DNA from: an uncultured Acidobacteriia bacterium
GTDB taxonomy: Bacteria; Acidobacteriota; Terriglobia; Bryobacterales; Bryobacteraceae
Length of the DNA: 36,569 bases
Assembly (NCBI GenBank): GCA_903893525.1
Contig: CAITMP010000339.1
Span: 1-36,569 of the forward strand
Direction: 5' to 3'
Shown: one piece after another, positions 1 through 9,338 of the stretch
Numbering within the stretch: the stretch's first letter is position 1
Layout: each line of letters opens with the position of its first letter
The notes under the pieces: generated by a model
Told to the model about the DNA's origin: nothing
Seen by the model: the letters and a program-made list of their open reading frames with translations, nothing else
Databases searched by the model: none
Translations under genes and position numbers: made by a program

Positions 1-862
1 CGGCGAGCATGAAGCCACGCGTGTTGCTGTGACCGAAATTGGGAGTCAGGAAGCCGCTTTTCCGGGGCTCTTTCTTCAGCGATTTGTGAAAATATGGAAA
101 GAAAAAAGCAGGGATATTGTGCAGTCGGTAGACGGCATTCCGGGTGACCGCCCGGTCATTCGGAATGATGTCGAACGATGAGCTGTGGATGGTCCACCAA
201 GGGTTCGGCATCGTGCAATCGGTGATGAAACCGTCGTGCAGGATGTAGCGGTCCTCCAGTTTGTCCGCCGACTCCCCTTCGAAATAGAACGGCTGGGCGT
301 TCGTCAGCAGGCCTGGCCGGGCAACAACCTTGGTCTTGGCATAGCCCCGTACATGGTGGAAGGTCCCGTGTTCGGTATCGGTGTTGTACTCGGCAGCATC
401 GCAGTAGATGACCTCGTTCTGCTCGTAGTTCCGATAGTAGACGTGGCCTCGGCCCGTGAAGTCGCCGCTGGACTCGTCGAAATCCACCGTGTCCGCCTTG
501 AAGGTGGCATTGTGGAGCTCCACGATGACGTGGCCGCGGAGATGGTACACCCCGTTGTCGGACTCCTGGCTGTCTGCCGTAATGTTGTACTCGCCATTGG
601 CGGGGGCTTCGGGCCGGGGAACTCGGACGGAAAAGTCCGGGCGCTCGATTGTCGCGGCATCCAGGACAAAATTCCGGGCATTCAAATTGCCGGGCACGGC
701 ATTGCCCGAAGGAGCATCTGCTGGACGGGAGGCGGGAGGGTTTTGTACCGCCGGGACGGGATCGGCCGCACTGCATAAATCAGGTCGCAGTATTTGCAGG
801 GCGACCAATAAAAACAGGGCCTCCGGACACTTCGGGGTGAGAATTTTCGCGTGACAAGGCAC
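1..862 (-). CDS. lptD: LPS-assembly outer membrane protein LptD (OstA family), N-terminal ~287 aa; the 3' end runs off the left edge
   Basis: Absent from the ORF track because it leaves the window. My minus-strand translation from GTG 860-862 reads (V/M)PCHAKILTPKCPEALFLLVALQILRPDLCSAADP (signal-like). It continues ITADSQESDNGVYHLRGHVIVELHNATFKADTVDFDESSGDFTGRGHVYY (OstA N-terminal-like) and ends NAVYRLHNIPAFFFPYFHKSLKKEPRKSGFLTPNFGHSNTRGFMLA (the R-x-SGFL-x-P motif typical of the LptD barrel). The frame is open to position 2. Track ORFs 156..776(-), 304..681(-) and 185..778(+) are off-frame or antisense shadows. The start codon is uncertain. Confidence 0.8.
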   Translation of the reverse strand, partial: MPCHAKILTPKCPEALFLLVALQILRPDLCSAADPVPAVQNPPASRPADAPSGNAVPGNLNARNFVLDAATIERPDFSVRVPRPEAPANGEYNITADSQESDNGVYHLRGHVIVELHNATFKADTVDFDESSGDFTGRGHVYYRNYEQNEVIYCDAAEYNTDTEHGTFHHVRGYAKTKVVARPGLLTNAQPFYFEGESADKLEDRYILHDGFITDCTMPNPWWTIHSSSFDIIPNDRAVTRNAVYRLHNIPAFFFPYFHKSLKKEPRKSGFLTPNFGHSNTRGFMLA

Positions 863-961
863 TATGTTTATGGTACTCAGAGGTAGGGGTGTTTTTCTAA
901 ACAATTTTGAGAACCCGCCCCTGCCCCAACCAGGGGACCCAAGAGCTTGAAAGAGATTTAG

Positions 962-1945
962 ATGCAGTGCAAGTTTTGTGGTTTCGGCAATGGTGAGGAC
1001 GACCACCGGTGTTTGCGGTGCGGACGCCGCGTGGCTGGCACGGCTGTCGCCGCTCCGGCGGGATATGTGGGGGCGCTTGCCCTTGCGCCTGAGTTCGACC
1101 CGAACATGACGCAGGATCTGACGGTCAGCGGATTTTTCCCGCCCCTGAAGTCGGACGCGGAATCGCGTGCCGAAGCACGGGCGAAGGAACTGGCGGCACA
1201 ACTCGGGGCAACGCGCGGCCCCGGCAGGCTCATCCAGTTCGACCAATACCAGAAGCAAGCCCAGGAACGGGCAGCCATCGTGGCCCATGTTGAACCCCCT
1301 GTTGCCCCCACGCCCGTCGCGCAAGCCTCACAACCTGCCCTGTCCATGGCCGAATTGAGGGCCAGCGGAAGGTTCGCCCCGCAGAAGCCTGCGCCGCGCA
1401 AGGAACAGCCCAAGGTTCAGCAGGAAATCTTCGACTTCAACGCGGCCAAACCGGAAGCGCCCACGCTGAAGACTGGCGTCCAGAGCCAGGTCCTTTGCGA
1501 ACATGCGGTCGCCAAGCGGATCCACAGGTGTCTGGCGGGGGCTGTCGACGCAGCAACAATTGTCATCGGATACGGTCTCTTCCTGCTGATCGCAAGTCTG
1601 ATGGGTGCGTCGTTCGGAACCGGAAAAATCTTGCCTGCGGTTCTGGTTGGAATGCTTGGGATATTCGGCGTGTTTTATGGTGCAGTTTGCCTGATCATGC
1701 GCCATGACACTCCGGGTATGAACCTGCTGCACCTCCAACTGGTGACGTTCGATGGCCATCCGGTGGACGCGCGCGACCGGGCCATCCGGTTCATGACCTC
1801 GATTGTGAGCATTGGGGCCGCTGGACTGGGTCTGATTTGGGCCTTGGCCGACGAGGAAACCTTGACGTGGCACGACCACATCTCGAAGACCTTCCCCACC
1901 GAGCGCGACCATGGTTCCAGTTACTTCAACGCCGGTCCGGCCTAA
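962..1945 (+). CDS. RDD-family membrane protein with an N-terminal zinc-ribbon
   Basis: Starts at ATG 962. The N-terminus MQCKFCGFGNGEDDHRCLRCG has a CxxC...CxxC ribbon. The C-terminal half (RIHRCLAGAVDAATIVIGYGLFLL...GMNLLHLQLVTFDG...RDRAIRFMTSIV) has the RDD-domain layout with about 3 hydrophobic helices. Confidence 0.75.
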   Translation: MQCKFCGFGNGEDDHRCLRCGRRVAGTAVAAPAGYVGALALAPEFDPNMTQDLTVSGFFPPLKSDAESRAEARAKELAAQLGATRGPGRLIQFDQYQKQAQERAAIVAHVEPPVAPTPVAQASQPALSMAELRASGRFAPQKPAPRKEQPKVQQEIFDFNAAKPEAPTLKTGVQSQVLCEHAVAKRIHRCLAGAVDAATIVIGYGLFLLIASLMGASFGTGKILPAVLVGMLGIFGVFYGAVCLIMRHDTPGMNLLHLQLVTFDGHPVDARDRAIRFMTSIVSIGAAGLGLIWALADEETLTWHDHISKTFPTERDHGSSYFNAGPA

Positions 1946-2826
1946 TGGCGGTCGAACCATCCGAGAACGCGGCGGTCAAATTCATTTTTCGCCGTAATCC
2001 GGGCGTTCGCGTGACCTGCTCCCGGTACTAGCCAAAGATCCGTGACGGCTCGATTGGCCGCAGCAAGCCTACGGGAATTCACGGCTTCCGTTTTGTGGTC
2101 GTCCAGACCGTGAATCAACAGGATGGGGACTTTGGAATGCTGCACAGACTCCAAGGGTGATCCAAGCTTCAAATCGGCACCGTATCGGATCCGGGTCCAG
2201 AACAAGGCCGTTTCGACGAACGGAACGGCCAACCATTTGGTCGACCCGGGCAAGCCACGGGAAACACGTTCGATCGCGACATCCGGGAACGTCGTAAAGG
2301 CAGACTCCGCAACCACGGCTCGAAACCGCTTTTCACGATCCAGGCTTTCCAGCAATACCGAGCCGCCCAGCGAAACGCCGAAACCGTAGATGCGGTTGAC
2401 ACCGGAATGGGCCAGCATCCAATCGGCCCACGCACGGACGTCGTCCGATTCCCGGAGGCCCAGCGTCGTGAAACCGTCGCTCGTTCCGTGGCCCCGCAAA
2501 TCAGGTATCAGCACCTGGAAACCGGACTTCTCGAACAGCACGCCCAGCCCCACCAAGTCCTCGCGGTTGCCGCCTACGCCGTGGAGCAGGATCACGGCGG
2601 CACCGTTGGGCTGATCCGGCTCGTAATACCAGCCATTCAGGTGCGTGCCATCCTTCGAGGTGACGGCAGCATCGCCGCAGCGGACGTGGGCGACGCACGG
2701 GCACACGGGTGCCACAGGGCGGCGCCCTGGATGCAGTAGACCCTCGGCGGCCCGCACTGACAGTCCGACGAATACAACGGCACTGGCCGACAGAACCGCT
2801 ACGGCGATCCTACCGGAGCGTGTCAT
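1942..2826 (-). CDS. Secreted alpha/beta-fold hydrolase (S9/dienelactone-hydrolase-like)
   Basis: Signal-like N-terminus. LLHGVGGNREDL, the nucleophile elbow GFGVSLGG, and HGLDDHKT ... GAGH near the C-terminus suggest a Ser-Asp-His triad arrangement. Overlaps the tricorn stop by 17 nt, consistent with an operon. Confidence 0.75.
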   Translation of the reverse strand: MTRSGRIAVAVLSASAVVFVGLSVRAAEGLLHPGRRPVAPVCPCVAHVRCGDAAVTSKDGTHLNGWYYEPDQPNGAAVILLHGVGGNREDLVGLGVLFEKSGFQVLIPDLRGHGTSDGFTTLGLRESDDVRAWADWMLAHSGVNRIYGFGVSLGGSVLLESLDREKRFRAVVAESAFTTFPDVAIERVSRGLPGSTKWLAVPFVETALFWTRIRYGADLKLGSPLESVQHSKVPILLIHGLDDHKTEAVNSRRLAAANRAVTDLWLVPGAGHANARITAKNEFDRRVLGWFDRH

Positions 2827-5800
2827 ACTTCACCGGCTTGGGGCGTGCCGGTTTCTTGGCCGGATTCTTCTCCAATTCCGACAACACCTGCTGGATCGCC
2901 CGTTCCAGTTGCGGATCATGCCCTTGGCGGACCAACGCCGGGTCATGCTCCACTTCCATGTCGGGCTCGACACCTGAATTCTCCGCAATGTACTGGCTCT
3001 CAACTGGATCCCAGACCGCAGACGATGGTGCCGTTACGCCGCCACCATCCATGAGTGACGGTGCCCCGGCGCGCCCGATCAACCCGCCCCAAGTGCGCTT
3101 GCCGATCAGCTTCCCCACACCGGCACGACGGAAATACCAAGGCATGGCATCACCGCCGGAACCGGCGAACTCATTTACAATCATGACCTTCGGTCCAAAT
3201 ATCGCACCTTGCGGTTGAACTTCGTCCTCGCCATCACGGGTAGCCACGCTCGACATGTGTTTCCGGTTCAGGGCCTCCACAATATCCGTAGCCAGCGCGC
3301 CGCCCCCATTGAACCGTTCGTCAATGATAACGGCCTGCTTGTCCACTTGGGCATAGAAATAGCGGTTGAAATTGGTGAGGCCGCCAAATGCGGTATCCGG
3401 CATGTATACGTACGCCACACGTCCGCCGGTGGCCTGGTCCACTTTGCGTCGGTTGCCCTCGATCCAATCCAGATTGCGCAAACGAGCATCGGAGACGATG
3501 GGCACAACCGTCACTTCGCGCGAACCGGTCCCGGATGGATCTGGACCGACCCGGATGTGGACCTGCTTGTTCGCCGTGCCCTCAAACACACTGTAGACGT
3601 TCGTGGGCGGCGCAAGATCGCGGCCCTCCACCGCCAGCAGGTAGTCACCGACTGCGACGTTGACACCCGGCTGCGTCAGGGGAGCACGGGCTTCCGGATT
3701 CCAATTTTCACCGTTGTACACCTTGGTGATCCGGTAGCGTCCGTTCTCGATCTTGAAATCACAGCCCAGCAGACCGGTCGGAACGCGCGTCGCGGCGGGC
3801 AGGTCACCGCCACCCACGTTCAGGTGGGACGAGACGATGTTGCCCAGCATTTCCTGGAACAGGTAGTTCAGATCGGCTCGGGAGGCGATTCCGTCGACGA
3901 ATGGCTCGTAGCGCTTCTCGGCGGCAACCAAATCCAAGCCGTGGTAATCGTAGACGTGATCCCGCTCGACCCTCCACGCTTCGTGGAACATCTGCCGCCA
4001 TTCGGCCCGCGGCGAGACCTTGACTTCGATGCCAGCGGTGTTCAACTGGCCAGGGCCTCCCGGACCAGCCGCAGCCGGAGGAGCGGGTGGAGCCGGACCA
4101 TTGCCAGCGGGCGGACTTGGCGGAATGTTGCGGATAGACCAACTGGTTCCCTGGCGGACCAGCATCTTCTCCCCATTCTTGGAAACCTCGAAAAACTGCA
4201 CTCCCGCCGTCACCACATCGGACTTGCGGGACTTGAGATCGTGCCGATGCACCGTGACACCCCCTAGGCCACCGCCTCCCACGGGTCGCTCCATGGCAAA
4301 CAGGACACCAGCCTTGCCCGTTTCGAGTGCGACGTAGTTTCGCGACGGCAGTGGCATGGCCAGGATTCTCTGGCCAATACCGTCGAAATCGATCTTGACC
4401 GGAGCCGCGGCTGGCGGCGCTGCCGGAGGTGTCGGTGGCTTGGGTGCCGGGGTTTCAACCACTTTCTCCTCGTCGCTTTCGGGTGCGAACGGCGACGGGA
4501 GGTCCTTGGTCAGCACTGCAAGGTACAGAGTACGCGAGACGGGCCGGGAGCTGCTTTCCACGTCGGGCTGGATGGCGGGTCCGGCATCGGTGGAGGCCGC
4601 AAAGTAGAGATACTTCCCTTCCTTGTCGAAGGCAGGATATTTGGCGTCGCTCAGGCCGTCCGTAACCTGCGTAGCCTTGCCTGTTTCAAGCGACCAGACA
4701 TGGATAGCGCCCAAGTAGTTCGGCAACCGCTTGGAGTAGGCAAGCCACTTGGAATCGGGGGACCAGACCGGAATCCAATCGCCGCCCGGATTCCAGAAAC
4801 GCTCCTTGTCCACCAGCGTGGTCTTCTTCTTCTCCACGTCAAGGCACCAGATGCGCAGCCGGGAGTCAATAAACGAAATATTCTTTGAATCAGGCGACCA
4901 CGCGGCGCCACGGTAGGTTCCGGGTTCGGGCATCGGGATTTTCACAACCTTGGAATCGGGTGCGCCCGTGGAGGACTGCGGAGCGAGGTGAAGCGAATAC
5001 TCCCCGTTTTCGTCCGAGAAATAGGCGATCGTCTTGCCGTCGGGCGACCAGATCGGGTCATGCTCGGCGGCTCCGGGCGTGTTCGTGATGTTCCGCACAT
5101 CGCCCTTCTCGGCAGGCACGGTCACAATCTCGCCGCGGGCTTCAAAAACAGCGCGGGCACCAGTGGGGGACAAGCTTGGATTTGCCAGACGGGTGCTAAC
5201 ATTCACCATCCGGTCACGAACCTCCGGCAAGTCGCCCGCGATACGAATCTTGACCGGATCGAGCTTCCCGGTCCGCGTATCGAAGATGGATATTGCGCCG
5301 AACTGTTCGATCACGATCCCTCCGGGACCGGCGTTGGCGGATTTGAAATCCAGCGAGCCGTTCTTGAGTTCCTCTTTGACCTTGCGCGAGGCGGTGTCGT
5401 AGGAAAAGAGGGTTGCCGGTCCGTTGCGGTCGCTCAGGAAGTAGACCTTGCTGCCGACCCACATCGGGCAGTAGTCGTTGGAATTGTCGTGAGGGATCTT
5501 TTCGACGCTCGAATTTCCCAAGTTTGCCAGCCAGATCGGCGTCGTCATGCCACCGCGGTAGTGCTTCCAAGCGGCAAAGGCGCGGGCCATCGGGACGTAG
5601 GCGATGCGTGAGGCGTCGGGCGAATAGGAGCCTTCCCAGCCCCAAGGGAGTGGCAGCTTCTCCGGAAATGCACCGCTGGTATCCACGGTATAAAGGTTGG
5701 ATATCCTGGAATAGTTTTCGCGGCCGGAAGTGAAGAGGATCCTCTTGCCGTCCGGAGTCCAGCCGAGCACGGTGTCGGGAGCCGGGTGGTAGGTGAGCCG

Positions 5801-6091
5801 CTTGGGAACGCCGCCGTCGGAGGGAATTGTATAGACATCCACGTTGCCGTCGTATTCGCCAGTGAATGCAATCGTGTTTCCATCCGGCGAGAACACAGGG
5901 TTGGTTTCCACGCCAACGCCGCTGGTAAGCCGACGCGCGTCACCACCGGCACGTGGCACGGTCCACAGGTCGCCCGCATAGACGAACGCGATCTGGGTCC
6001 GGCTCAATGTGGGTTTTTGCAGGAGCAGCGGGGGATCCGCAGCTTGCGCGGCGGAAACAGCTGCAAGATAGAGGATGGCGGTGAAACGCAT
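2810..6091 (-). CDS. Tricorn-protease-like S41 peptidase (beta-propellers + PDZ + C-terminal S41 catalytic domain)
   Basis: 1093 aa counted from ATG 6089-6091, which is preceded by AAGGAGG (reverse complement of 6097-6103). Signal peptide MRFTAILYLAAVSAAQA. Repeated WSPDG/FSPDG propeller motifs. C-terminal ...IIDERFNGGG...VMIVNEFAGSGGDAMP...GKRTWGG is typical of tricorn/Tsp S41 cores. The track start at 6157 is probably an over-extension. Confidence 0.85.
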   Translation of the reverse strand: MRFTAILYLAAVSAAQAADPPLLLQKPTLSRTQIAFVYAGDLWTVPRAGGDARRLTSGVGVETNPVFSPDGNTIAFTGEYDGNVDVYTIPSDGGVPKRLTYHPAPDTVLGWTPDGKRILFTSGRENYSRISNLYTVDTSGAFPEKLPLPWGWEGSYSPDASRIAYVPMARAFAAWKHYRGGMTTPIWLANLGNSSVEKIPHDNSNDYCPMWVGSKVYFLSDRNGPATLFSYDTASRKVKEELKNGSLDFKSANAGPGGIVIEQFGAISIFDTRTGKLDPVKIRIAGDLPEVRDRMVNVSTRLANPSLSPTGARAVFEARGEIVTVPAEKGDVRNITNTPGAAEHDPIWSPDGKTIAYFSDENGEYSLHLAPQSSTGAPDSKVVKIPMPEPGTYRGAAWSPDSKNISFIDSRLRIWCLDVEKKKTTLVDKERFWNPGGDWIPVWSPDSKWLAYSKRLPNYLGAIHVWSLETGKATQVTDGLSDAKYPAFDKEGKYLYFAASTDAGPAIQPDVESSSRPVSRTLYLAVLTKDLPSPFAPESDEEKVVETPAPKPPTPPAAPPAAAPVKIDFDGIGQRILAMPLPSRNYVALETGKAGVLFAMERPVGGGGLGGVTVHRHDLKSRKSDVVTAGVQFFEVSKNGEKMLVRQGTSWSIRNIPPSPPAGNGPAPPAPPAAAGPGGPGQLNTAGIEVKVSPRAEWRQMFHEAWRVERDHVYDYHGLDLVAAEKRYEPFVDGIASRADLNYLFQEMLGNIVSSHLNVGGGDLPAATRVPTGLLGCDFKIENGRYRITKVYNGENWNPEARAPLTQPGVNVAVGDYLLAVEGRDLAPPTNVYSVFEGTANKQVHIRVGPDPSGTGSREVTVVPIVSDARLRNLDWIEGNRRKVDQATGGRVAYVYMPDTAFGGLTNFNRYFYAQVDKQAVIIDERFNGGGALATDIVEALNRKHMSSVATRDGEDEVQPQGAIFGPKVMIVNEFAGSGGDAMPWYFRRAGVGKLIGKRTWGGLIGRAGAPSLMDGGGVTAPSSAVWDPVESQYIAENSGVEPDMEVEHDPALVRQGHDPQLERAIQQVLSELEKNPAKKPARPKPVKYDTLR

Positions 6092-6278
6092 GTCGGTAGG
6101 CCTCCTTTGGGGGCGTAGATCGGGCGTGGCGAACCAGATCTCATGACACCTTAGCACGATTTCGTGTCAGTGAGGAATATCCGCCCCAATTTGGAACCGT
6201 GGCGTCCGGTGCGCGACACAAAGATTCCGTTTGGGTCACAATATAGGAGGCTGGAAATCTGACGTTGGACAGCGGGGA

Positions 6279-8618
6279 ATGAGCGCGGAACTGGGCAGCA
6301 CAACTTGGTCGCGGATCGAGGAGATCTTCCTTGCAGCGGCCGAGTTGCCCCTGCCCGACCAAGCCCCGTACTTGGACGCCGCCTGCCACGGGGACGTCAA
6401 ATTGCGGGCGGAGGTCGAATCCCTGTTGGAGGCGGACCGCAAAAGCAGCCAGGATCCATCTCGGACAACGCCGCGATCCTCCATCACATCTGTCGTGCAA
6501 TCCGCAAGTGAAGCCCTGAACCGCGAGGACTTGGCCGGACAACATCTGGGGCCATGGAAGGTTGTTACGCAGATCGGGCGCGGGGGCATGGGGTCGGTCT
6601 TTCTGGCCGAACGGGCCGACGACGAATTCCAGAAGCAGGTTGCGATCAAGGTAATTCGCCGCGGCATGGATTCGGAGGATCTCATAGCCCGGTTCCGTGA
6701 GGAACGCCAAATCCTTGCCCAGTTGAACCACCCATACATCGCCCAATTGCTGGACGGTGGGATCACCCTGGACGGCAGGCCCTACCTGGTGATGGAGTTT
6801 GTCGAGGGCAAGCCGCTGGGAGACTATTGCCGGGAACACGACTTGTCCGTCGACGCCCGCTGCAGGCTCTTCATGAAGGTCTGCGAGGCCGTCGCCTGCG
6901 CCCACCGGAATCTGGTTGTACACCGGGATCTGAAACCCGGCAACGTGCTGGTGTCGACCGATGGCACGCCGAAACTTCTTGATTTCGGCATCGCAAGACT
7001 ATTGACGGCAGCCGGTCCCGGGGATGCCCCGCTCACCACCGCAGCCCTCAGGCAATATACGCCGGACTACGCCAGTCCGGAACAGGTCCTGGGTCTGGCG
7101 GTCACCACAGCGGCGGATGTCTACGCCCTCGGTGGAATCCTGTTCCAATTGCTGGCAGGTACCAAGGCGCACCGGATCACGACCTATACGAGCGAGGAAA
7201 TCCGCCGCACGGTCTGCGAATCCCCCTTGGAAAAGCCCAGCGCCGCCGCTACCCGCCGACCCGAACACGCGGCCTTTTCGCGGCGAATCGCGGGCGATCT
7301 CGACAACATCGTCCTCATGGCGATGCGGCGCGAACCCGAACGCCGTTACGAATCCGTCGACGCACTCCGTCGCGATGTCGAACGGCACCTCAACGGATTG
7401 CCGGTCCACGCCCGCGGCGATGGATTGCGCTACCGGGCTGGAAAGTTTCTGGTCCGGCACCGGTTTGGCGTCCTGGCCGCCGCGATGGTCCTGTTCGCCG
7501 TGTTTGGCGGATTGTTGGTGTCACTCCGGCAAACAGCCGTCGCCACCGAGCAGCGGGCGATCGCGGAAAGGGAGCGCGACAGCGCCCGGAAGGCCCAGGC
7601 ACTCGCCGAGCAGGAGCATTCGGCGGCAGAAAAGCAACGCGGACTCGCGGAAGAGAGCGCGGTCGAGGCGGACATGCAACGCGGCAAGGCGGAAAGCAGC
7701 TTGTCGCAGCTGGTGGATCTCGCCAGCGCCACATTCCTCGGAATCAACAAACAGCTCGAACGCATTCCGGGTGCCACGGAACCCCGCCTGGCCGTGGTCA
7801 AGACCTCGGTGGACTATCTGGACAAACTGATGACCGGAGAGCCCAGTCCGGCCTTGGAGCTGGCCGCAGCCACCGGGTACCAGGAAATGGGCGACGTCCT
7901 CGGCTCCCCCAACGGTCCGAACCTTGGCGACACCAAGGGCGCGATGGAAAACTACAACAAGTCGCTGGCAGTGCTGCGGCGGCGCGGGATTGCGGACTTC
8001 GACGGTGAATTGCAGCGGATCACCACCCTCGAACACATCGGCGCGCTGCAAACCGACACCGGAGGGCTGCAGACGAGCCGCTCGACATTCCAACAGGCTC
8101 TTGCCGCCCTGGACGCCATGCCGAAGCACTGGCGCGAACGACCGAGAACACTCTTTGAGGAAGCCAACCTCAACCTCGGATATTCGTTCCTGATGTCCAG
8201 ACTGGACTCAACAGCAGGTCTGCCTTTCGCGGAAAAGGCGGTCCGCATTCTGGACGCGCTCGCGTCCGCGAATCCGGGAGTCATGCAATTCGAGGAAAGC
8301 CGGGCGTCGGCCTACGGAAATCTGTCCCTAGTGGTGGCCACGGCGGGCGACCGCGAAAGGGCGAAAGCCATCACGCTCAAGACAATCGAGCTGCGCATAA
8401 ACAATTTGTCCAGGCACCCCGGCGATGTCCGCTTCCAGCGCGACCTGATGATGGGCTACGGCCGCATGGGCGACTACAGCGGCGGCTCATTCTTCTCCTC
8501 CCTGACCGGGGACCCCCGCGAAGGCGACACCGTCTCCGCACTGGCCTATTACAAGAAGGCCCAGGGTTTGGCGGAATCCATCTTCAAAGCCGACCCGAGC
8601 GACGACCAGGCCCCTTGA
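6279..8618 (+). CDS. Ser/Thr protein kinase with one TM helix and a long TPR-like repeat region; the reading frame is interrupted at 8616
   Basis: GRGGMGSVFLAE...VAIKVI (P-loop and Lys), HRDLKPGNVLV, DFGIARLL and YASPEQ. TM segment FGVLAAAMVLFAVFGGLLV. N-terminal WSRIEEIFLAAAELPLPDQAPYLDAACHGDVKLRAEVESLLEAD motif. ATG 6279 is preferred over TTG 6231, but the start is uncertain. See the finding on the frame break. Confidence 0.85.
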   Translation: MSAELGSTTWSRIEEIFLAAAELPLPDQAPYLDAACHGDVKLRAEVESLLEADRKSSQDPSRTTPRSSITSVVQSASEALNREDLAGQHLGPWKVVTQIGRGGMGSVFLAERADDEFQKQVAIKVIRRGMDSEDLIARFREERQILAQLNHPYIAQLLDGGITLDGRPYLVMEFVEGKPLGDYCREHDLSVDARCRLFMKVCEAVACAHRNLVVHRDLKPGNVLVSTDGTPKLLDFGIARLLTAAGPGDAPLTTAALRQYTPDYASPEQVLGLAVTTAADVYALGGILFQLLAGTKAHRITTYTSEEIRRTVCESPLEKPSAAATRRPEHAAFSRRIAGDLDNIVLMAMRREPERRYESVDALRRDVERHLNGLPVHARGDGLRYRAGKFLVRHRFGVLAAAMVLFAVFGGLLVSLRQTAVATEQRAIAERERDSARKAQALAEQEHSAAEKQRGLAEESAVEADMQRGKAESSLSQLVDLASATFLGINKQLERIPGATEPRLAVVKTSVDYLDKLMTGEPSPALELAAATGYQEMGDVLGSPNGPNLGDTKGAMENYNKSLAVLRRRGIADFDGELQRITTLEHIGALQTDTGGLQTSRSTFQQALAALDAMPKHWRERPRTLFEEANLNLGYSFLMSRLDSTAGLPFAEKAVRILDALASANPGVMQFEESRASAYGNLSLVVATAGDRERAKAITLKTIELRINNLSRHPGDVRFQRDLMMGYGRMGDYSGGSFFSSLTGDPREGDTVSALAYYKKAQGLAESIFKADPSDDQAP

Positions 8619-8628
8619 GGACTTCACC

Positions 8629-9276
8629 ATGACAACCATGCGGACGGGCATGGTGCTGACCTCCGATTCGGCCATTCCCGAATCGCTGGCCTACTTGGCC
8701 AAGGCTGGCGACCTGCTGGAGGCCGCACGGCAGAAATCCCCGGCGTCGCGATCCATCCGGCTCAACCTCGGCCTCGTGTACGACCACATGGCGCAGCGGC
8801 ACTACACCCTCGGCAACGGCACAACCGCAATCGCCCATGCCCGAAAATCCCTCGCACTGGCGCTGGAGCTGGTCAAGACCGAGCCCAACTACGCAGCCGC
8901 GCGGATTGACGCCATGCGGGCCTGGGATATCCTCATCCACTCCTTGGCGAGATTCGGGGACCGGGCGGAAGCCACCACGGTAGCCGAAGCAGCCCACGCC
9001 GCCGCCACCGACTGGGCGATCCATGGGCCGCGCCTCGACCGCATGGTCCTGTTCCCGCCGCAGGCGGTTGGCTGGAGGGGCGACCTGTATTTTGAATTGG
9101 CCTCCAAAGCGGGCTCGCCAACCGACGATCTCCAAAAGGCTAGGGCCGCCTATCAGGAAAGTCGCGAGGCTTGGTCCAAGCTACCAACACCACCGCGGGA
9201 TCTCCCCGGCCGCCTCGCCGCACTCGACACAAAGCTCGCGAAATGCGAACTCGCGTTGCGCGCCGCCGACCGATAA
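8629..9276 (+). CDS. TPR-like repeat fragment; probably the displaced C-terminus of the upstream kinase
   Basis: This frame is open back to at least 8572. It continues the repeat periodicity of the kinase tail: (P-x6-[RL]-[DL]-x7-[GM]) units recur as HPGDVRFQRDLMMGYGRMG / DPSDDQA.LEDFTMTTMRTGM / KSPASRSIRLNLGLVYDHM / TEPNYAAARIDAMRAWDIL. No independent N-terminal features. Confidence 0.6.
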   Translation: MTTMRTGMVLTSDSAIPESLAYLAKAGDLLEAARQKSPASRSIRLNLGLVYDHMAQRHYTLGNGTTAIAHARKSLALALELVKTEPNYAAARIDAMRAWDILIHSLARFGDRAEATTVAEAAHAAATDWAIHGPRLDRMVLFPPQAVGWRGDLYFELASKAGSPTDDLQKARAAYQESREAWSKLPTPPRDLPGRLAALDTKLAKCELALRAADR

Positions 9277-9338
9277 ATTTTCAGTTCCAGTGAAGGACCT
9301 CCCAAGGCAATTCCGTCTCCCATTCATTAGGAGATTTC

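Noticed and set aside
185-778. Track ORFs 185..778(+), 156..776(-) and 304..681(-) at the left edge
   Set aside because: The third minus-strand frame gives an unmistakable LptD/OstA sequence. These three ORFs are antisense or off-frame, with Arg-rich or Val/Gly-rich shadow composition.
6191-6220. GGAAC ... CGTC upstream of the first kinase as an ECF promoter
   Set aside because: The spacing between the two elements is only about 5-6 nt, against the required 16-17 nt. No alternative CGT element lies at the right distance.
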